A DNA stretch of 64,000 bases, from the NCBI GenBank assembly GCA_019244185.1, contig JAFATB010000025.1:320001-384000 (forward strand), read 5' to 3'. Below the pieces are notes generated by a model. That model saw only the letters and a list, made by a program, of their open reading frames with translations, was not told the DNA's origin and ran no database searches. Source of the DNA: Acidobacteriota bacterium. Its GTDB lineage: Bacteria > Acidobacteriota > Thermoanaerobaculia > Gp7-AA8. The translations under genes were made by a program, and so were the position numbers. Every line of letters starts with the position of its first letter. The stretch's first letter is position 1. Of this stretch, positions 59,006 through 64,000 are shown piece by piece.

Positions 59006-60785
59006 CTCCCTCGGCGTCGCGGCAGTCCTTTGCGCGTGCGCCTGCGCGCGATCGAATCCGCCGGTGAAAACGGATCTGCACCAGCTCTCGCGCGACGACG
59101 CGCAGTGGGTGATGCCAGCCAAGGATTACGCGTCGACGCGCTACAGCGGCCTCGCGCAGATCAACACCTCGAACGCGAAACAGCTCAAGCTCGCGTGGAC
59201 CGTGTCGACGGGACACGACCGCGGACACGAGGCCGGTCCGCTCGTCATCGGCGACACGATGTACTACGTGACGCCGTTCCCCAACGATCTCATCGCCATC
59301 GATCTGAAGAATCCGACCGGTCCGCCGAAATGGAAGTACCGGCCGCAGAACCTCGAGACCGAATCGCAGGGCGTCGCCTGCTGCGACGTCGTCAACCGCG
59401 GCGCCGCGTACGCGAACGGCAAGGTGTTCCTCAACACGCTCGACGGTCGCACGTGCGCCGTCGATGCGGAGACCGGCAAGGAAGTGTGGGTGAGGCAGCT
59501 CGCCGACATCAACCGCGGCGAGACCATCACCATGGCGCCGCTGGTCGTGAAGAACAAAGTGCTCGTCGGCGACAGCGGCGGCGAGTTCGGTGTGCGCGGC
59601 TGGGTCACGGCGCTCGATTCCGAAACGGGAAAAATCGCGTGGCGCGCCTACGCCACCGGTCCCGATAAGGACGTGCTCATCGGCCCGAACTTCAAGCCGT
59701 TCTACGCCACCGACCGCGGCAAGGATCTGGGCGTCAGCACGTGGCCGAAGGACAAGTGGAAGATCGGCGGCGGCACGATGTGGGGCTGGATCTCCTACGA
59801 CCCCGAGCTCGATCTCATCTACTACGGCACCGGCAACCCGGGACCGTGGAATCCCGAGCTGCGCCCCGGCGACAACAAGTGGACCTCCGGGATCTTCGCG
59901 CGCCGCCCCGACACCGGCGAGGCGGTCTGGTACTACCAGTGGTCGCCGCACGACGAGTTCGATTACGACGGCATCAACGAACAACTCCTGCTCGATCTCC
60001 CGATCGGCGGCAAGACGCGCAAAGTCCTCGTGCGCCCGGAGCGCAACGGCTACATGTACGTGCTCGACCGCGCAACCGGCGAAGTGCTCTCCGCCGATGC
60101 GTACGGCGCGGTCACCTCGAGCTTCGGCGTCGATCTGAAATCCGGCCGCCTCATCCCGAACAAGGCGAAGGAGCCGGGCACGGGGAAAGTGATCCCCGAC
60201 ATCTGCCCTGCCGCGCCCGGCGCGAAGGACTGGCAGCCATCGGCGTACTCGCCGCGGACGCGCCTCATCTACGTCCCGCACCAGAACCTCTGCATGCAGC
60301 ACGAGGGCACGGACGTGAACTACATCGCCGGCACGCCGTACGTCGGCGCGAACGTCGTCATGGTTCCCGGCCCCGGCGGCCATCGCGGCGAGTTCGACGC
60401 GTGGGATCCGGTGCAGCGCAAGAAAGTCTGGTCGATCCGCGAGAACTTTCCCGTGTGGTCCGGCGCGCTCGTCACCGCGGGTGACGTCGCCTTCTACGGC
60501 ACGATGGACGGCTGGTTCAAAGCCGTCGACGCCCGCACCGGCACGCTGCTCTGGCAGTTCAAAACCTCCAGCGGAATCATCGGCCAGCCCGTCACCTACC
60601 GCGGCCCCGACGGCAAGCAGTACGTGACCATCGCCGCGGGAGTCGGCGGCTGGGCCGGCGCGATCGTCGCCGGAGGACTGGACCCGAGGGACGCGACGGC
60701 GGCGCTGGGGTTTGTAAATGCGATGAAGGATTTGCCGGGAGCCACCAACAAGGGTGGGGTGATTTACACGTTTGCGTTGCCCTGA
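58986..60785 (+). CDS. xoxF: PQQ-dependent methanol/alcohol dehydrogenase, XoxF-like (lanthanide-type), copy 2
   Basis: CCDVVNRG; GGEFGVRG; GTGNPGPWN; HDEFDYDGINE. Confidence 0.82.
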   Translation: MSSRFLSSLGVAAVLCACACARSNPPVKTDLHQLSRDDAQWVMPAKDYASTRYSGLAQINTSNAKQLKLAWTVSTGHDRGHEAGPLVIGDTMYYVTPFPNDLIAIDLKNPTGPPKWKYRPQNLETESQGVACCDVVNRGAAYANGKVFLNTLDGRTCAVDAETGKEVWVRQLADINRGETITMAPLVVKNKVLVGDSGGEFGVRGWVTALDSETGKIAWRAYATGPDKDVLIGPNFKPFYATDRGKDLGVSTWPKDKWKIGGGTMWGWISYDPELDLIYYGTGNPGPWNPELRPGDNKWTSGIFARRPDTGEAVWYYQWSPHDEFDYDGINEQLLLDLPIGGKTRKVLVRPERNGYMYVLDRATGEVLSADAYGAVTSSFGVDLKSGRLIPNKAKEPGTGKVIPDICPAAPGAKDWQPSAYSPRTRLIYVPHQNLCMQHEGTDVNYIAGTPYVGANVVMVPGPGGHRGEFDAWDPVQRKKVWSIRENFPVWSGALVTAGDVAFYGTMDGWFKAVDARTGTLLWQFKTSSGIIGQPVTYRGPDGKQYVTIAAGVGGWAGAIVAGGLDPRDATAALGFVNAMKDLPGATNKGGVIYTFALP

Positions 60786-60796
60786 AGAGTCAAAGC

Positions 60797-60895
60797 GAAT
60801 GAAGAACGCAGAACGCAGAACGCAGAACGTAGAAAGAGGACCGGATGCGCGGAGCGTTTCTACATTCTTCATTCTGCGTTCTGCGTTCTTCATTC
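60797..60895. repeat. Heptamer-repeat inverted hairpin, copy 2 (overlaps the xoxJ 5' end)
   Basis: Same heptamers as 50862-50955, different loop. Confidence 0.9.
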
Positions 60896-61683
60896 TGCTT
60901 TTCACGTGTTGCACGGCACAGTCGCCCCATCCAACGCAGCCCGCTCCCACCTTGCGCGTCTGCTCCGACCCCAACAACCTTCCCTTCTCCAACCGCGCCG
61001 GCCAGGGCTTCGAAAACAAGATCGCGAACCTCATCGCGAACGACCTTCACGAGAAAGTCGAGTACACCTGGTGGGCGCAGCGGCGCGGGTTCCTGCGCAA
61101 TACGCTGAAGGCGAAGCAGTGCGACGTCGTGATGGGGTTGCCGACCGGCGTCGACATGGCGGCCGTCACGCGGCCGTATTACCGCTCGACCTACGTCTTC
61201 GTCTCGCGCCGCGACCGGCACCTCGGCATCACGTCGTTCGACGATCCGAAGCTGAAGGCGCTCAAGATTGGGGTCCAGATCATCGGCGATGACGGAGCGA
61301 ACGCGCCGCCCGCGCATGCGCTCGCCGCGCGCGGCATCGTCGACAACGTGCGCGGCTACACCGTCTACGGCGACTACCGCCAGCCGAATCCGCCCGCGCG
61401 GATCATCGACGCGGTCGCGCGCGGCGAAGTCGATCTCGCCGTCGTATGGGGTCCGCTGGCGGGCTACTTCGCCAAACGCGAGCCGGTGCCGCTCGAGCTC
61501 GTCCCCGTCTCGCCGGAGATCGATCTCCCGTTCCTGCCGTTCGTCTTCGACATCGGCCTCGCCACGCGCTACGACGACGCCGCGCTGCGCCAGAAGCTCG
61601 AGCTGATCCTCGAGCGGCGCAAGCCGGAGATCGACCGCATCCTCGCCGACTACGGCGTCCCGCGACTCGATACGGAGCTCTGA
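60799..61683 (+). CDS. xoxJ: MxaJ/XoxJ-like substrate-binding protein
   Basis: LRVCSDPNNLPFSN, GFENKIA, WWAQRRGFLRNTL, TRPYYRSTY. Confidence 0.85.
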   Translation: MKNAERRTQNVERGPDARSVSTFFILRSAFFILLFTCCTAQSPHPTQPAPTLRVCSDPNNLPFSNRAGQGFENKIANLIANDLHEKVEYTWWAQRRGFLRNTLKAKQCDVVMGLPTGVDMAAVTRPYYRSTYVFVSRRDRHLGITSFDDPKLKALKIGVQIIGDDGANAPPAHALAARGIVDNVRGYTVYGDYRQPNPPARIIDAVARGEVDLAVVWGPLAGYFAKREPVPLELVPVSPEIDLPFLPFVFDIGLATRYDDAALRQKLELILERRKPEIDRILADYGVPRLDTEL

Positions 61684-61688
61684 ACACC

Positions 61689-62219
61689 ATGAGAAACGCG
61701 CTCCTCCTCGCCTCGTGCCTCCTCGCCGCAGCAGCCTGCCGCCGCGAGCAGCGCGAGATCGTCCACTCCCCCGCCGCCTCGCATGCGTCCGGCGGCATCG
61801 TGCGTCTCTCGGAACTGCAGCCCGGCCAGCCGACGCCCGAAGTCGAAGTGCGGAACGCGTCGGAAGAGAAGGCCTACGACATCAACGAAGGGAAGCGCCT
61901 CTTCGCCGCGTACAACTGCAGCGGATGTCACTCCCACGGCGGCGGCGGCATCGGTCCCGCGCTGATGGACAACTACTGGGTTTACGGCAGCCATCCGGAA
62001 AACATCCACGACACCATTGTCGAAGGGCGTCCCAACGGCATGCCGTCGTTCGGCGGAAAAATCCCCGACTACCAGATCTGGGAGATCGTCGCGTACGTGC
62101 GCTCGCTCTCCGGCCTCGTGAACCCCACCGTCGCCCCGTCGCGCGACGATCACATGCAGGTCAAGGTCGCCGAGCAGTCGAAGAAAGAAGAATCGACGGA
62201 AGAGAAAAAGAAACCGTGA
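61689..62219 (+). CDS. xoxG: Cytochrome c lipoprotein (XoxG-like)
   Basis: Lipobox AAAC; NCSGCH; GRPNGMPSF. Confidence 0.8.
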   Translation: MRNALLLASCLLAAAACRREQREIVHSPAASHASGGIVRLSELQPGQPTPEVEVRNASEEKAYDINEGKRLFAAYNCSGCHSHGGGGIGPALMDNYWVYGSHPENIHDTIVEGRPNGMPSFGGKIPDYQIWEIVAYVRSLSGLVNPTVAPSRDDHMQVKVAEQSKKEESTEEKKKP

Positions 62220-63178
62220 GGCTCCTCTTCGCCACGTTCCAGTCGCCGCTGCATCCCGCCGGGCCGTACGCCCGTGCGATCGAGAGGCTGTGGTGGGTCT
62301 TCTTCGCGATCACGGCCGTGATCTACGTGCTCATGCTGATCGGCTTCGCGCTCGCCGTGCGCAAAGGCGCGCGCCGCAAGCAGGCCGATCTCAGCGACGA
62401 GGCCACGCGCAGCGGCGCGCGCTTCATCACCATCGCCCTCAGCGCGACGACGGTCATCCTCATCGGCCTGCTCTTCACCAGCATCGCCACGGGGCGTGAC
62501 ATCTCACCGGTCGACGACAAGGTCACGCGCGAGATCAAGATCACCGGGCATCAGTGGTGGTGGGAAGTGCAGTACGCCGAGGCGCGGCCGGACATGATCG
62601 TCGAGACCGCGAACGAGCTGCATCTCCCGGTCGGCGAGCGCGTGAAGCTCATCCTCGACTCGGACGACGTCATCCACAGCCTCTGGATTCCGAACCTCCA
62701 CGGCAAACGCGATCTCATCCCCGGCTACGACGGCGTGCTCACGCTCACCGCCGACAAGACCGGCACGTACCGCGCGCAATGCGCGGAGTTCTGCGGCCTG
62801 CAGCACGCGAAGATGGCCTTTCTCGTCATCGTCGAGCCGAAAGCGGACTTCGAGCGCTGGCTGACCGCGCAGCGGCTCCCCGCCCCGTTCCCGAAGACCG
62901 CCGATCAGCAGCACGGCCAGCAGGTCTTCCTCACCTCGACCTGCGTGATGTGCCACGCCATCAAAGGCACGTCCGCGGGTGCGCGCACGGGACCCGATCT
63001 CACGCACCTCGCCAGCCGCCGCACGCTCGGCGCCGGCATTCTGCCCAACACGCTCGGCAATCTGCACGGCTGGATCGCGAACGCGCAAACGATCAAGCCG
63101 GGCGTGCTGATGCCGCCGAATCCGCTCGAACCGAACGACCTGCACGCGCTGGTGGCGTATCTGGAGACGCTGCAATGA
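62216..63178 (+). CDS. coxB: Cytochrome c oxidase subunit II with fused cytochrome c
   Basis: GHQWWW, DVIHS, CAEFCGLQHAKM (CuA), CVMCH. Confidence 0.93.
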   Translation: MRLLFATFQSPLHPAGPYARAIERLWWVFFAITAVIYVLMLIGFALAVRKGARRKQADLSDEATRSGARFITIALSATTVILIGLLFTSIATGRDISPVDDKVTREIKITGHQWWWEVQYAEARPDMIVETANELHLPVGERVKLILDSDDVIHSLWIPNLHGKRDLIPGYDGVLTLTADKTGTYRAQCAEFCGLQHAKMAFLVIVEPKADFERWLTAQRLPAPFPKTADQQHGQQVFLTSTCVMCHAIKGTSAGARTGPDLTHLASRRTLGAGILPNTLGNLHGWIANAQTIKPGVLMPPNPLEPNDLHALVAYLETLQ

Positions 63179-64000
63179 ACGACCAGGAGCTCCATCTCCG
63201 ACTCTCCGCGACGTGGCACAAGCCGACGGGGTTGTGGGGCTGGCTCACCGACAACCACCACACCACCATCGGCAAGCGCTTCATCATCACCGCCTTCGTC
63301 TTCTTCATCCTCGGCGGGATCGAAGCGCTGATCATGCGCACGCAGCTCGCGCTGCCCGAGAACCACGTCGTCAGCAACGATCTGTACAACCAGCTCTTCA
63401 CCACGCACGGTTCGACGATGATGTTTCTCTTCGCCGTCCCCGTGATGGAAGGCCTCGGCCTCTACTTCGTGCCGCTGATGATCGGCACGCGGCAGATGGC
63501 GTTCCCGCGTCTCAACCAGTTCGCGTACTTCAGCTATCTCATCGGCGGCGTGCTGCTCTACGTGGGACTCTTCGGCAACTTCGGTCCCGACGCCGGCTGG
63601 TTCGCGTACACGCCGCTCTCCGGCCCCGAGTTCTCACCCGGGAAACGCGTCGACGTCTGGGCGCAGATGATCACCTTCACGGAGATGGCAGCCCTCGGCG
63701 GCGCGGTGAGCATCATCGCCACCGTGTTCAAGCACCGCGCGCCCGGCATGTCGCTGAATCGCATGCCGCTCTTCGTGTGGGGGCAGCTCGTCACCTCGTT
63801 CATGATCATCTTCGCGATGCCGTCGGTGATGGTCGCCAGCGGCATGCTCGCCACCGACCGGCTCATCGCCACGCACTTCTTCAACAAGGCGGAAGGCGGC
63901 GACAACCTGCTGTGGCAGCACCTGTTCTGGTTCTTCGGGCATCCCGAGGTGTACATCATCTTCATTCCGGGCACGACGATGATGTCGACGCTCGTCTCCG
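63175..64000 (+). CDS. coxA: Cytochrome c oxidase subunit I (cut by the right edge)
   Basis: ATGA overlap; YNQLFTTHGSTMMF, AFPRLN, LWQHLFWFFGHPEVY. Confidence 0.93.
   Translation, partial: MNDQELHLRLSATWHKPTGLWGWLTDNHHTTIGKRFIITAFVFFILGGIEALIMRTQLALPENHVVSNDLYNQLFTTHGSTMMFLFAVPVMEGLGLYFVPLMIGTRQMAFPRLNQFAYFSYLIGGVLLYVGLFGNFGPDAGWFAYTPLSGPEFSPGKRVDVWAQMITFTEMAALGGAVSIIATVFKHRAPGMSLNRMPLFVWGQLVTSFMIIFAMPSVMVASGMLATDRLIATHFFNKAEGGDNLLWQHLFWFFGHPEVYIIFIPGTTMMSTLVS

Overview
High-GC bacterial chromosomal window. The protein families suggest a Thermoanaerobaculia-like Acidobacteriota, which is inference only. I see no rRNA, tRNA, CRISPR array, integrase or transposase. From left to right: (1) a Sec-type RHS/YD-repeat gene, cut by the left edge, translationally coupled to a PKD/SLH/Ig surface protein; (2) an accessory, protease-rich block at 9.3-17.3 kb with a cytoplasmic M4-like metallopeptidase plus MBL-fold hydrolase pair; (3) TetR/S41 peptidase, a 64-bp tandem repeat, phosphatase, glycosyltransferase, LOG and typA; (4) directly behind typA, a 6.5-kb array of four single-gene units (frameshifted DUF4157 gene, two IPT/TIG paralogues, a large AAA ATPase), each ending in the same ~26-bp motif, with a degenerate second copy of the typA 3' end inside and a 9-bp GTGACGCCG direct repeat at both ends. 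This is the best candidate for an undescribed gene-capture system; (5) housekeeping genes, a GNAT remnant inside a 145-bp inverted duplication, a ~2135-aa IPTL-CTERM adhesin and an ABC/M1-aminopeptidase module; (6) a tandem pair of lanthanide-type (DYD motif) PQQ dehydrogenases with xoxJ/xoxG-like and caa3-type oxidase genes, cut by the right edge. All product calls come from motifs read by eye; no database search was run.
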